Of a stretch of 64,000 bases of DNA, positions 37,330 to 51,985 are shown piece after piece. Numbering within the stretch: the stretch's first letter is position 1; every line of letters starts with the position of its first letter. Source of the stretch: Octopus sinensis (taxonomy: Eukaryota); contig NC_043000.1 of NCBI RefSeq assembly GCF_006345805.1, positions 78,926,001 through 78,990,000 of the forward strand, in the 5' to 3' direction. The notes beneath the pieces were generated by a model, which was given only the letters and a program-made list of their open reading frames with translations, searched no databases and was not told the DNA's origin. The position numbers and the translations under genes are program-made.

Positions 37330-39640
37330 GTTCTAAGTAAACGTGATCAATTATTTAAACTGAATTAATTCAGTTGGCTTAATTATTTACATTAATTCTA
37401 TATTTACAATCACAAATTTTCCCTGCAAAATGAAATATTCAAAAATGGGTGGATCTTTTTTCCTTGACATTATGTTAATTAGTTAAATGTTTTAATGATT
37501 GTTTCATTAATGAATACATTAACGTCACATGTTACTTAATGTGCTCATAGATATTAAAGCAGATATGAAATAATTGTTGCAGTATACGTTACACACCTCA
37601 ATACCGAAATGCAAATGTTCATGTATTCATTCAATCCTTAAGAATAGTTTTTGCAACTTTTTCTGAACATACAATGCCTGCACCCAACCCAAAGAAAATA
37701 ATTTAGCTTCGATTCTCGTGTCTTTTCACATGTTAGTCAAAGACGCATTTTCCAGTTTAAGGAATTTTGTCTCCCTTTTACATTTTTCTAACAGGCCACT
37801 TTTATACCAACTTTAATTGTGCCTAACTGGTTATACACATATTTGTGTATGGCTGAGGTCCACCATACAGAAATATATCTCCATACAATACAACATAGTT
37901 CACAAATATTTCTCCATACAACATTGTTCACATTCATACCGGTTATTTGTGTATGGCTGAGCTCGGCCATACACAAATAGCCAGCATGGATGTGAACTAC
38001 GTTGTATTGAGATATATCAAATATTCTAATAGAGAGATAAACGAAACCTAATTAATAATAAATTAATGATAAATAGGATCTTAGAGTATCATATGTTCAT
38101 AGGATTACCCGTACCTTTAAATACTTTAGATGCGGGTAATAAGTATATCATACTATGATTTGGTAGCACAAGTTATTCGGGGTGTCATATCATTCATAGC
38201 ATACCCTCTATTATCTCGAAATCTATGAAGTATTGCTTTCTAATAACTCTTAACCCCTTTGATCTGTAATCTTTTAATAATTATATTATATATTTACACC
38301 TTCAGTATTGGAATTCTCTTCGCTCGTGGTTAGTATACCATATAAATTTACAATGGATTACTAAATCTTGCACCTCACTTAAATATGAGATATAACCCCA
38401 AGGATCTGTTATTATTTTGCATAGATCAGTGTATTCGATGTATTTTAGAAATATTTTTGTAACCCATTTCCAAAGGTATCTTTATTTTTTAATTATATAT
38501 TTGATACTTATATTTTTATTTTATATGGTATTCATGATAATAACATATCTAAGAGTTTTTTCAATATATCAATATAACTTATATCTTAATTTATAAAATA
38601 ATCGTTATTTTATTTTATTTTGACTTATCCTTACTTTTATGTGTGTTATACCTTTTATATCATTCTGTAAAGAAATATCTTATAAAACTGTTTTTAAAAT
38701 GTTTATTTTTCATATTTTATATTAAATTTATGTATTCATAAACCTTCCTATACATTTGTCTAGCTTCTATATCTTATAAAGTGTTTATAACTTCTTTTCA
38801 TAAAACTCACTGTACAAGACAATTTTATATTTTAGATTTATAATTACACATTGTTTTATAAATTTTTTCTATCTATTTTTGATATTTTTATACATTTGTA
38901 TATCCTTTCATAAACTTTCCTAGCGTTTGTAATTCATAAATAATTCTTTTATAAGGTCGTTTTATATAATTTACTGGATATGGGAATCCTTATTTTAATA
39001 TATTTTTTAATCACTCTATATTCATTAAATGTTTACATGCCCAAGTAACGCTTTTATACATTTAGTATACCTCTAATTCAATTACCTCTTATATTCGATA
39101 CATTATTTTACATTATCTTATACTTATCCACCAGCAATGAAGAGAATAGTTCTTTTTATTGCTTTAAAATATACTATGTACTTCTACCCATATGATAATA
39201 TAATTCCGTTATACATTCATGTTAGAATGTCTTTATCATGACCTTCTCAGCAATATGCTTAGAAAATTTCTAATTTTTGTTGTATATTAAGGTTTTAAGT
39301 TTAATTTTTTTCCTTATTCTATATTTGATTTAATTTTCTCAAATTAATATTATAGGTTTGCTAAGTTATAAATTACTATCTCCCGTATCCTTCAATTCTC
39401 TAATCTAAATAATCTAAATAAGTATTGCCCACACTTGTCCTTCTTCCTTCCTTCCAATTACCATCCCTTCCCAATCAGACATTCTCTTACTCCCAACCTT
39501 GCATCCTACACTTTTATGTAGATATGGCTAGATATATGGTTCCAGTACATTGGAAGTCTAGTAAATTAACTCACTCTGCCACAAATATAACAAAAGGAAA
39601 CAATGTAAATATTTTAGTTTCCATTATTGATATAAATTTG

Positions 39641-39673
<33 letters not shown>

Positions 39674-39711
39674 GTTGTTGTTGTTGTTGTTGTTGTTATT
39701 ATTATTATACA

Positions 39712-40080
39712 GGCGCAGGAGTGGCTGTATGGTAAGCAGCTTGCTTACCAACGACGTGGTTTCGGGTTCAGTCCCACTTCATGGCACCTTGGTCAAGTGT
39801 CTCCTACTATAGCCTCTACCTATCAAAGCCTTGGAAGTGGATTTAGTAGACAGAAACTGAAAGAAGCCCGTTGTATATATATGTTTGTGTGTATGTTTGT
39901 CCCACCACCATTGCTTGACAACCGATGCTGGTGTGTTTACTTCCTCCTAGCCCGGCAAAAGAAACCGATAGAACAAGTACTAGGCTTACAAAGATTAAGT
40001 CCTGGGGTCGATTTGCTCGACTAAAGGTGGTGCTCCAGCATGGCCTCAGTCAAATGACTGAAACAAATGAAAGAGTAAAA
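39712..40080 (+). mobile_element. tRNA-derived SINE (family 1)
   Basis: ggcgcaggagtggctgtatggtaagcagc... to ...ccagcatggcctcagtcaaatgactgaaac. Confidence 0.85.
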
Positions 40081-40289
40081 GTGCAAAAATATAAACTTTA
40101 GTTCAGTTCAAATACGTTTCGGACGTATTAGGCCTGTAGATGATGATGGGGGAAAATTCTTGCTTCAGGCAAAAGGTATTTAAGAACTCAGTTCAGAGCG
40201 CCCGCCTTTGAACTCCAGGCTCTTTTGCTCTCTACATTACCAGATATATACAGGCCTATACACACACACACAAACATATATATTACAAT

Positions 40290-40590
40290 TACGAACCATT
40301 ACTCTACATTTAGACATATCAATAAACGCAACAATACTGGGCTTAGTAAATTAATTTGGTCTCTAGAGGAACATTTGATTTGGAATGTCATATTCTATAT
40401 AGGTCATTTCCTTATGATAACGGTAAATCTTTTTGTTCGCTCTGTAACGATGAACTGTATTTCATCCTGTTCTCAGAGAATCATTTTGTATACACATTTA
40501 AAGAACGGGTATACCGTTGCAAACGTTGGCAAAACCATACCTTTAGTTCCTATAAGTAACTTCTACCAGTCTATAAAATTCGACCTTTAA
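40290..40590 (+). mobile_element. PLE endonuclease-region 3' fragment
   Basis: HYSTFRHINKRNNTGLSKLIWSL and RSFPYDNGKSFCSLCNDE; homologous to 11280-11560. Confidence 0.65.
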
Positions 40591-42470
40591 CTATCTTCTT
40601 ACATTTCACTTCCACTAAATATATGTATTTCCACGCCTTTAATCTTTATTCCTGTTCACCTATCGCACTATATTTCTCCACTTTTAGTTTTCTGATAATT
40701 TCTTTCTCTCTCCTCCTCTTTCTATAAATTGCCGTTGATGTTATATCTGTTAACAATTTTTTTTTTAATAACTTACCAATGTTCCCTTCATCATATATGC
40801 AGTAATCACATTCGGTTGAAATGTCTTATTGATGCATTTTGTTTTTCTTTTTCCATTATGAGAAGAATGCATTGTTTTACATCATTGTATTAATTCTGGA
40901 ACAATGCCAACGTTTCCTTCGAAACATATGTCGGAAGTATAAAGATTTGAATAATACCTGCGTTTAACTCCATTTATTTACTTATCTATGTGATACAAAA
41001 ACCTTTCACCAAAATCTGGAATTCCTACCTTTATAGGTAGGCTGTTACATCTTTGGTACTTATGTGAATTTTTGCTACCCTGGTAACTATTTATTTATTC
41101 TTTCCGTGTTATTTGTAAACATTGATAAAATGCACATACATTTATGTGTGTGTGTGTTTGTGTGTCTGTGTGGTGTATGTGTCTGTGTATGTGTGTGTTT
41201 GTGTTTATGTATGTATGTGTATGTGTGAGTATGTGTTTGTCTCTCCACCATCGCTTGACAACCGAGGTTGGGCATCTCTGAATTGACTGAAATATTTATC
41301 TTCCTTATAAGATATTTTTCTTATAAGATATCTCGCACCTCAGCCGCCAGTTCGGAACAAAGTATATGGGTGGCACACGAAGTAGCGGAGTAAGAAAAAA
41401 TATTTTTTTGATCAGTAAATAGTATTTACTGACCTCTGATGAGAAAGCTAAAGCCTCCAGTCAATTCAGAGTTGATTCACTTGTTATCTGGTACTGAAGA
41501 GAAATTTGAAATGAATCTACTAATCCACAGGAATTTTGTAAGCTAAATTTGATGCTTTTAACACCTTTCATCCGACGTGAGAATTTTTCTCTGCGGCATA
41601 CGTCTCTCAAATTATCTTTTGATGAGTCAAATATGTCCCAAACATATTTGAACGGATCAAAAGTTTTATTTTAAAACAGTTCCCATACACACATGTGTAT
41701 ATGAATGTAAATATATACATATACATACATACTACATATATAAATATATCTATGTATGTATGTATGTCATTATTCTGTTTTATTTCATGATTTCTTGCCA
41801 ATAGAAAAAAAGGCTGTTTTCTAACCTAGATCCAAAGCTTTTTCATTGGAATTTTAACATCAACAAGGTATTTTTGTGCGTATTTATGTCATTATTCAAT
41901 TTTATTTCAAGATATTTGTCAATAGAGAAAACGTCGGTTTTTAACCAAGGCATTGGAATTTCAACATCAACAGGGTAATTTTGTATGTATGTATACGTGT
42001 AGATTCGTAGGTTTTGTTTTATGTCTGTCTTCTCATGCATATAGATAAAACCCAGAGCCTATGATACCAATCATGTAGGCAATACAAACATTGTCTGGAA
42101 GAAAATATATCCTAGATTTCGGTATCAGAAGATGATGTCACACGCATTTAAAGTTTGTATGAAAGTGTCATGTAAGAAAAATATAAGGGGAAGCCCAAAT
42201 TTCTTAAACCGGATAATGCGACTTTGACTTACAGGTGGAAAGACGCGTGAATGTAAATTACATTATTTTCTTTGTATTGGGCGTGTGCATTTAATGTTCA
42301 CAAAAAATTACAAAAGCCTTTTCTCAAGAATTGTATGAAAGCTGGAATGGAGTCATTTGGATTTTTGGTATCAATGTGTATAGTGTATACTTCAACAATT
42401 TTGTGTTTTTTACATTGCTTTTAGTGTTTGTGAACACATGAACTAATATGTGAGATTAACGTATTCATAA

Positions 42471-42870
42471 GCGCAGGCGTGGTAGTGTAGTAAGAAGCTT
42501 GCTTCCCAAATACATGATTGCTAGTTCATTCCCCCTGCATGGCACCTTGGACAACCGTCTTCTGTTATAACCACGGGCCGACCAAAGTCTTGTGAGTGGA
42601 TTTGGTAGGCGGAAACTGGAAGAACCCCGTCGTATGTATATTTATATATGTATGTGTGTCTGATTTTGCCCCACCCCTCAACTGCTTGACAACCAGTGTT
42701 GGTGTGCTTATGTCCCCGTAACTTAGCGGTTCGGCAATCAGAACCAATAGAATAAGTACCAGGCTTTAAAAAAGTACTTGGATCAATACATTCGACTATA
42801 AATTCTTCAAGGCGCTGCCCCAGCATGGCTGCAGTCTAATAACTGAAGCAAGCAAAAGATAAAAGAAAGA
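42471..42870 (+). mobile_element. tRNA-derived SINE (family 1) directly upstream of the copy C promoter
   Basis: gcgcaggcgtggtagtgtagtaagaagc... to ...gccccagcatggctgcagtc. Confidence 0.8.
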
Positions 42871-43012
42871 TTATTGAATCAATCTATAAAATGGCAAGGA
42901 AAAAGGATCCACCTATTTCTGAATAGTTTATTTTGCTGTGAAAATTTGCGAATTTAAAATACTTAAGCCAAATGAGTTTCAATTTAAACAATTGATCACG
43001 TTTACTTCGAGC

Positions 43013-43019
43013 TATATAG
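43013..43019 (+). promoter_or_regulatory. TATA-like box of copy C (variant TATATAG)
   Basis: Aligns with the copy B TATATAAA: ctatatagggagctc versus ctatataaagagctc. Confidence 0.5.
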
Positions 43020-43117
43020 GGAGCTCTTCTAAGACGTTTTTCAAACTTGTCCTTGTTTCACAAGACAGCCATCACCAATCTCCAAGAGGCAAAGAAAAGA
43101 AAATCCATCTGACCATC

Positions 43118-43169
43118 ATGCTGTACAAATTGTTACTAGTGATAGTAGCTATTTCATGTGCAAACAGCT
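43118..43169 (+). CDS. Exon 1 (assigned to copy C): signal peptide MLYKLLLVIVAISCANS
   Basis: accatcATG...AGC T|GTAAGT, with 4 of 52 nt differing from copy B exon 1. The link to exon 2 at 53312 crosses an assembly gap. Confidence 0.75.
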
Positions 43170-44038
43170 GTAAGTAAATTATATTGCTGTACATTGTCTA
43201 TTTCGCGTCGTTTTTCTACTTAGTTATTAACTTTAGTTTATCAACAATTGATTCTTACAGTTCACCTCTACCTAAATCTCTCACGCGTGCCTGAGTGTAT
43301 ATTTAATGCGTGCATATTTGTGCCTGCGTTTCCCTCTCTGCCTCTTTCTTTACACAAATACACACATATTTATCGTTTACTTGTTTCATTCATTTTATTG
43401 CAACCATGGTCGGATACTACCTTGAGTTTCGTCAAATAAATTGACTACAATTTATTCCATCAGTCTCTTTTACGGTATCGCGAAGTCACGGGAACGTAAA
43501 AGAGCTCGGCACTGGTTGTCAAACGGTGAGGGGACAATCACAAACACTAACACTAATACACACAGGTATACACTTATATACATATTATGACGGGCTTCCA
43601 CACAGTTTCCCTCTACCAGTTTCACTCACAAAGCAATAATTGGTCCGCGTAGTATATACTTGCCTAAAGTGCCTCTGTGTGATAAATCACACAGCCACAA
43701 CAGCGCCTATAAAAGCGTAATAGTGTATAAGGAGGGAAGGAAAGGAACAGACAGACGGCGTTTGCAGGTCGTTAAGCAACTTCCTCATTCAGGTTAAGAA
43801 GAGCTTTTGGAAAAACAAATAGGGACAGATATGCTCACACAAACGCACACCAAGCACACAGCTGCGCAGATTACACTTCTTATGACATTTTCACTACAGT
43901 TTAGCGTGGAATAAAAAAAATCTCGCTTACGGTAAGGGGTATAAAGACATCATTAGCGGCTCTATAGACCAAAAGATCAGCATTTCTGGCTCTTTTTCGG
44001 AACCGCTGATGAAGCTGTTAACTAGCATTTACTGCTGT

Positions 44039-44957
44039 ATTACCTCCGCCTTCGCTAAGGCGGAGGTATTGTTTTCAGTCGTGTTGGTTTGTTTCTTTAC
44101 CCGTGAACAAAGTATCTCAAGAAACGCTGGATGGATTCGAACTATTTTCGATTTTGTGATCGATCCGGTACCGGACAAGGATTCTGGATTATTTGTTATA
44201 TTTACTTTACGCTACATGATGTATTACGATCTTACACTGACTTTCAAGTCTTGCTCTTTCCAAAGTTTTATTTTCGTTTATCTATTAGCAATTTTACTCG
44301 CGTCCCTGTCTAAGTGGAAACATGGATAAAGAAATCAAACTACATAAACAAACGGCAGCAAAACCGTTCAGAAATTAAATAGCACTAACACATTCGGTAA
44401 CAATAATAAGTTTAACTTATTCTCGTCAATTTTTAGTTTTACCAGTTTTGAATATATCGCTCCTGTTTAAAACCTCTTACTTGCTTGAAAATTGCATTTC
44501 TTGGGCTCACCTTTTTGTGCGCAACGGTGTTGTTAAACCTCCGTTAGCTGCACCGTGTGCAGGTCCTTTCCGTTTTCTATCATGCACAGATAAATTTTTC
44601 CCTATACACCTTAATGGTCGTAAAGACACTATACCAGTGGATAAACTTTAAAAAAGGCCTTCATAGAGAAAACTGTCCCTGTTACCACCTCAGACGACAA
44701 ACACGGCTCGCACACCCACCTTCACATTCCATGACAACCACTGGGATCGATTAGGTACCGGACAAGGATCCTGGATTATTTTTCCGGTTTTTCTACTTAA
44801 TTTTTGAGATCAGTTGGGTTCATTGTTAGTATTCTCGTTTTTGAGAGCAGTCGAGTTTATTTCAGATATTTTCATTCTAAAAATCATCTTCGGCTTATCG
44901 TTGGGAGGACGGTGGTATTGCCTTGGCGAAGGTTTGCGCTCTCTGAGTGCTCTTGTT
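44039..44957 (+). mobile_element. Helentron/HINE-like non-autonomous element
   Basis: Perfect 12-bp hairpin tacctccgcctt-cgct-aaggcggaggta at the 5' end, a 3' end ttggcgaaggtttgcgctctctgagtgctcttgtt, and an internal duplication of ggtaccggacaaggat. Confidence 0.5.
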
Positions 44958-45207
44958 ATAAAAGATTTTTTTCAGTTCACGATTACTTCCCTTTGGTATC
45001 CGTTACTAAAGACGGTAAAAGAACTAGTGATCTACAGAGAGTGCTTTAAAACTTTTACCATAAGTGAGGAATTTTGTTCCACGGTAAACTGTACAAAAAT
45101 TGCTTTAAGATGTTTCAAGCATATTTGATGCAAAATTTATGTATGTATGAATGTTTGTGTTTAGACATACATACATACATGCATACATACATACATACAT
45201 ACATACA

Positions 45208-45273
<66 letters not shown>

Positions 45274-45419
45274 GCGTGTGTCTGTATATGTGTTTGTGTA
45301 TGCGTATACACAGAAACGCACACATGCACCCATACACCTATACACGTATATACCCACATATACATACATATGGACATTCTAATAAGCATGTGGCTCAAGG
45401 GTACGACAAAGGAACATAC

Positions 45420-46000
45420 AGAAAAACATGCGCAGAATGGACGTGGATATGCTCAATTTCTCATCAGACCAAATATCATCACAATTTTGACAACTTTCGA
45501 TTTGCGTCAAAGGGTTAATTTGAACGACCGATATAATATGATCAAGAATAATTTTACTAATTCTACCCAGATGCGACATGGAAGGCAGATTAACTTGATG
45601 GAGGTGTTAGTTAGAAAGACTGGTTTGTGGTCTTTCAAGCCAAATTGTGGGGTGCTTAGTGCATAAGGTTCCAGCTTTTGAGCCGCCCCGAACAAGTCTT
45701 TTGGAGAAGTTGACTGCTCATTCTAATAATATTTATGTATCTCATTAAATATAAATCCATTATAAGCGTCGGTATTCATTCTGTAAATTTCCTGGTTCTA
45801 TCGAAATGGATATCTACTCTCTCACAGTTCCAGATGTCCGATATCTGCTTAGATAGTCGTCGAAGGATTTCGCTCGTATATTTTCTTAATTTGATATTCA
45901 TAATTAAGTTGAGCATATCTTTCTCAAACTGGTCGAACACTGGTTTGTGTGGAGAGTTGCTGATAATTTTTAGCCCGTAGAAATAGTTAGAATTAAACTT
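45420..46000 (-). mobile_element. Decayed PLE RT N-terminal fragment
   Basis: LKDHKPVFLTNTSIKLICL...SHLGRISKIILDHII. Confidence 0.65.
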
Positions 46001-46768
46001 TCATGCTCAGTTATTTGTTTGTTTTCGAAATAGAATGTTTTCTATTGAATCCTAGAAATAAGGATATTGAATTTTCTGTACCATTAACCCGTGACATTGC
46101 TTTTTACTCGAGATAGGACTATTCCCAAGGGAAACGCCCAAGCGTCTCTTCTTCATGTCGGTGTTTCTTGGATCGTTTGTCAGAATGCGGAGTAAAGTGC
46201 GCACAAGTACATGTACTAAATGCACGCATGAAACGGGAATATTTTCTAGACACTACGCATGACATCTCAATGTAAATTTCAATGTTTGTCGAGGACAGAG
46301 TGGGAAACAATACAAGGAATAGAGGTTTATCTAAATTTGACAAACATATACAGGCAGATGTTGATATTATATTACGATTAAAACTTGACTACATGCAAAG
46401 GTGTGCGTGTGTGTGTGTATGTGCATGCGTGTGTGTGTGTGTGTGTGCATATGTCTGTGTTTGCATGTATATATGACATTATAATAATTACACTCATGAA
46501 TATATTGGTTACAAATTTTGAGAAAAGGCCAGCAATTTCGAGGTAATGCTTAAGTTTATTATATCAACCCTGTGTCCAAAAGGTTCTTATTTTATCGATC
46601 TCGAAGGATGAAAGGCAAAGTCGACCTCGGAAAAAATTGGATTCAGAACGTAAAGATGGATGAAATGCCGTTAAACATTTTACCCAACGTGCTAACGAAT
46701 CTGTTAGCTCACCGCACTCACGCATGAATATATTGCTATCTTATATATATAACATTGAAGTTTTCTGT

Positions 46769-46848
<80 letters not shown>

Positions 46849-49599
46849 AAAACTTTAATGTACCTCAATAACTGCTACATCTTTCATCCGATTTCATTAA
46901 AATTTCATACACAGCTGCTTCATATCCTTGACCCGAACATAGGCTACTTTATTTTTTAAAAATTGATATTGGGGCCTCTAGAGCGATGGGAAATCAACAA
47001 TAGATGATTCCTATTCATTTGCGTTAATCAGCTTTTTTAATCTTTTTATAACAGTGAAAGGATTTTTCTATTGATTTCCACTGTCCACCAGCGACGGTGG
47101 TTAAATCGACTAGGAACAGTGAACACATACGTTTCCATAATTCTCAACCGATTTTCACCAAACTTTACACACACGTTACTTATATCCCAAGGATGGTTAT
47201 ACACTAAACATTTTACCAGAGCTGCCGCATAGATGGACCTAACTTGACATAGCGTTTTTGTATGTAGGATCTTCCATACTTTTTAAAACTTTTTTATAAA
47301 AGTGAAAGGATTTTGTCTACTTATATATTTCGACTGTTCACCTACCACGGTGATTAGATTGACGGTGATATTAGATCGTAATATAATATCACCTACCACG
47401 GTGATTAGATTGACTAGGAACACTCTACGCGATGAATATCCAGTACCAAACAATTTTAATCTCCATAGTTAAACTGCATTAAACTTTGGCAAACTTACCT
47501 TTACCTTTTCTGAGTTACTTGAAAAGTGATGCTCCCTTCCCTTTCTCTTATTTGTTCATGCTTTTGTTTACATACTAATGCGTTGTTTCACTTTAAGGAT
47601 GCTTATTTACCCATTCATTATATTTCGACTGTCGTCCATTGTTTCCAATACGTTTTAGTATTGTTGCTCTAGCCTTTTTTTTTTAAAAGAATAACGTATG
47701 ATTCGTCCCAAAGAATCAAACTTTAAATGAGTTTTGCTTCCACAATCGAAAGCTATACATATCTTTCAGAAAGCTCTATACCAATTCAACTTTATGCAGT
47801 ATTCGCTGTTAGTTCATGCGCAGGCTATGTGGGAAGACAGAATAAAGGGGCTTTTATTAGCTTATCTCTCCGAAAAAAATAGATCCCTTTGCTGTTGAAA
47901 GCAATAAACTCGCAGAGGGGAAGTTTCAACGTTTTCCTTCAATTTCATTACACCATTTATGTGGCTGTTTCTGACAAGAAATTTCACTTTCATGTAAAAT
48001 AACTATATTTTGTAGTCAATATCCGTAATCTACTTCCAAAACACTTCAGTAGCTCTACTTTGCATTGCTTGCAAACTTATATGTTCTATGATCATTAAAG
48101 TGCAACAACCACCCTTCAGTTTGATTTTCCGTTCCTAGGTTAATCGGAATCGTAGATTGTCGTGCGATTCAACAGCCTTCTTGGTAGCTCAATTATTTGG
48201 TGAAAAAATACCACCTAAGCAACTTAAGCCGACCAAACGATGGGTGTGTTTGCTAGTATTTATTGTTGTTCAATCTTAAAACTATATATAAACCTTGTTT
48301 TATATTTATATTGTATTGATTTTAGTCCTTGCATTGCAGCCGTGTTTTGGCACCACATTGAAGGGTGAATCGACCCCAGTATTTTTTAAGTCTAGTACTT
48401 TATTCTATCAGGTTCTCATGCCAAGCGACTAAGTTACGGGGACGTAAGCAAAACAATATGTGTGTGTGTGCGTGTATGTATGTATGTATGTATGTATGTA
48501 TGTATACTACATATTATGTATGTATCTTTGTGTCTGTGTTTGTCTCCACCACCGCTGGTCAAGAGGTCTTACTTTGTTTACGTCCCCGTAACTTAGTGGT
48601 TTGGCAGACTCGGCAATGAAACCCCAGTCTCGCGCCATTTCCGCTCTACTGGTCATTCACTACAACACCTGTCTGTGTGGACTGTCTTTGCACAGAAGCC
48701 ATCCGGATCCCCGCCTTCGCCGTGAACAGGAATTAATCTCTTTGCTCCTTTGCGTCATATGGGCTCAACCCCCTCCTCTCTTCGTCTGACTCCCCTCTCT
48801 CTCCTCTCTTCATCTGACACCTACTTCCTCTCTTCATTCCTACCCACTTTCTCACTTCATTGATACCTTCTTTCAAACACTTTTTCTATTCAGTTGCCAT
48901 GCTTGACCGCTAAATCCACAAGTTTTTAAACTTCCATACTCAGTACGTCATTACTTTGCCTTTCTCTCTCCTTTTCTTAATTGTTTCTTTCTTTTTTCCT
49001 TTTCCACAATGCCCGATTACAAATTCTTCCTCCTGAACCTTCACCGCCGACTAAAGAAACACCTTCTATTGCTTTCAAACTTCTATTAATCTTTCCCATC
49101 TGATTTTCAAAAAAACACGCTTCTGTAGTCATGTTTACTTTCTCAGTCACCTCCCTCACCCCTACCTCATCCCCAAAGGTTTCCGCCTCCATTTCCACCC
49201 CACTTTCCACTCTGCTTCTGCCATCCTACCCATACTCTGTTCTACTTCTTACCGCCTTATCAGTGCCACCATTCGTTCTAATCTCTTTAAAATACACACC
49301 CCAGACCACCTTCTCCTTCTCGCTTATTCCACCTTTTCCTCCCGTCTTTCACCTTCTGTTGCACATTCCACTCTACGCTTCATACGCCATGTAAATCATG
49401 TTTTGTCCACGAGTTCCTCGCTCGCACTAAACAACATAAACTCCACTCACTCCATTTTCCCCAGCCGACGCCACTACACCCACGCTTTCCTCATCCTCAT
49501 CCCCCATACTCATCCCCACCCTTCCATTACTCTAATCCCCAAGCACTTACTTTCCCTCTCTCTCCTCCCAGCTTTCTACTGCCACGCCACCCCTTCCAC

Positions 49600-51050
49600 A
49601 TCTAACTCATCCACCCACTCCCGACTTCAGTCTGTTGTTACCATTCCTCCTAATCTTCCCCTCTCTGAAACGGAGCGCTCTCTTCTCAGTAAGGATCTGC
49701 ATTTCATCTCCCTCACTTTATCCAGTAACGAATTTTAGACCCGTGCTGGTATCCATAGCTTTGTGCGTCGCATCAGGCTATATGCACTATTCCACAACAC
49801 TTCACCTGCATCTAATGAAGAGGACTGCTTCACTGACCTGGGCCGCCGACCATCCTACTGGACGCCAGCTCCTTGCCAGTTCCAAGCAGTAGAACATTTT
49901 ACATGCATCTGCCAACGTGTGTGGACCAGTTTAACTTTCGCAGCAATCCCCAACATTTTAACATCTCCCCGGACGAACTCTCGACATTCCGATGTCTTCG
50001 AAGCTGCAAAGACATCATCACAAAGGCGGCCGACAAGGGTGGAGCCGTGGTGGTGTAGCGCGCAGACCTCTACAAGGCTGAAGCTCTACGCCAACTTCAA
50101 GGCACCTCATTTTATTGCCCTCTGCCCTCCAACCCCAAGCCTAACTACCAAGAGACTGTGTCCACCACTATCTATGACCTCACTTCCTCCTCCCATCTCC
50201 CTTTCACCACCTCCAACCTTATTATCTACACTCCACGCACCCCACCATTTACTTCCTTCCCCAAATCCACAAGCCCAACAACCCTGGCTGCCCCATCGCC
50301 TCCGCCTCTAACTGCTCCACGGAATTTATTTCTAAATACTTCGATCGTGTCCTTGCCTCCTAGTGGCTTCCCTCCCCTCCCACATCCATTACACTAAACT
50401 GTTTCCGTCTCTTTAACTCTTTCTCCTTCCCTTCTGGCCCTTCTAAACTTCTCTTCATTATTGATATCAAGGGTTTATATACGGTGATCCCATACAACGA
50501 AGGACTTCTTGCACTTAAACACTTTCTGGACCTTCGACCCAACCCCGAACCTTCGTCTGGCCGAACTTGTTCTCCCCCTCAACTGCTTCTCGTTCGCGGG
50601 TGATTTTTACCAACAGATCTCTCGGAAGTGGCTATAGCAACGAGAATGTGCCCCAACTACATGAACTTGTTCATTGGCTACGTTTCACTGGTCCCACTCA
50701 CGAACTATACGGTCGCTATATCGATGACTCTGTCGGTGCGACCTCACTCTCCCGCGAAAAACTAGACTCCTTCGTCTCTTTTGTCTAATCCTTCCAGCCT
50801 GCCATCGAATTCTCCTCAATTATTTCCAACACTTCCGTCGAATTTCTCGACATTTCGGTTAGAATATACCACTCCTCTCTCACTGTCTCCATCCACTACA
50901 AACACACTGACTCATGTTCATACCTCAACTTTTCCTCCTTCCACCCTACTAACATCAAGCTCTCCATTCCCTACTCTCAATTCCTCCGTCTGTGCAGGCT
51001 CTGCAGTAACAACCATGACTTTTCGTCCTTCGTGAATATCTCCTCACCAC
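49600..51050 (+). mobile_element. Decayed C-rich PLE reverse transcriptase
   Basis: LSETERSLLSKDL.F, KAADKGGAVVV, PKIHKPNNPGCPI, DIKGLYTVIP, YGRYIDD, YKHTDSCSYLNFSSFHP, IPYSQFLRL, spread across frameshifted frames. Confidence 0.85.
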
Positions 51051-51409
51051 TATCCACATAGCCCTTGCCAAGGCATGCTCCGTGGACCGTACCTCTGCTC
51101 TCTCCCCCACACCTGCCCCGCCGTTGCTCATCTCCCGTTTCCACCCACCCCACCCCCACCCCACCCTCTAACGCTCCGAGACTTCCGGTGACTCCTATCC
51201 GTCCCCTCCACTTTGCACATCTTCCCAACCTACCCCTTCCCTCCTTCAAAGAGCCCACAACAGCGTGACCTCCTGGTCTACAGTTTCTTCCCTAACCCCA
51301 CCTCCCAGCCTGGATCATAGCCCTGCTCTTGCCCACGCTACCGTGCTTGCCCCTACATCTCCAACACCAATATTTTCTTTTCTTTATTTTATGAATATTC
51401 TTATATATA

Positions 51410-51944
51410 TCTCTTATTATAAAAGGCAGATTTTATCTGCCTCCCTTTGTAACTTATAGAAATCTACAATATAGGATTTCTTCAATTAAAATTTACCTAG
51501 CATTTTTAAGAATAGAATGCATCGGGTCATGCCAGGTCCAGTTTTTCAAATTTAAACTCCAATTAAGCAAAATTTACAGAAAACTCACATTCTGGTGTGT
51601 ATGTCAAATGTTTTTCTTAATGTGGTTTACACCACACGCACACGCAGACACACAGTGTGCAACGAATAAAATGAAAGTAAATAGCGACAGAGTGATTTGA
51701 GGAAGACTAAACTGAAAGTATTTAAACCACTACTCAAAAAATAAAAAAACACAGCAAACAGAAACAAATAAATACATAACGATTTACTCCTCACACAATT
51801 TCTTCAATTAGATTTTTCAAAGTACTCCATTCGGTCATGCCATAATATATTTCTTTCAATTTCACCCCCAATTAAGACAAAATTCGAGAAAACTCAATAT
51901 TTTAACATTTCACTCCGAAAGCATTGATGTACATGTGTGCGTGC

Positions 51945-51985
<41 letters not shown>

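Noticed and set aside
37410-37430. gggaaaattt (minus strand) as an NF-kB site in promoter B
   Set aside because: It lacks the terminal CC of the kB consensus and is not conserved in promoter C (gtgaaaattt).
38000-39420. AT-rich segment that might be a decayed retroelement on the minus strand
   Set aside because: No diagnostic motif could be read with confidence.
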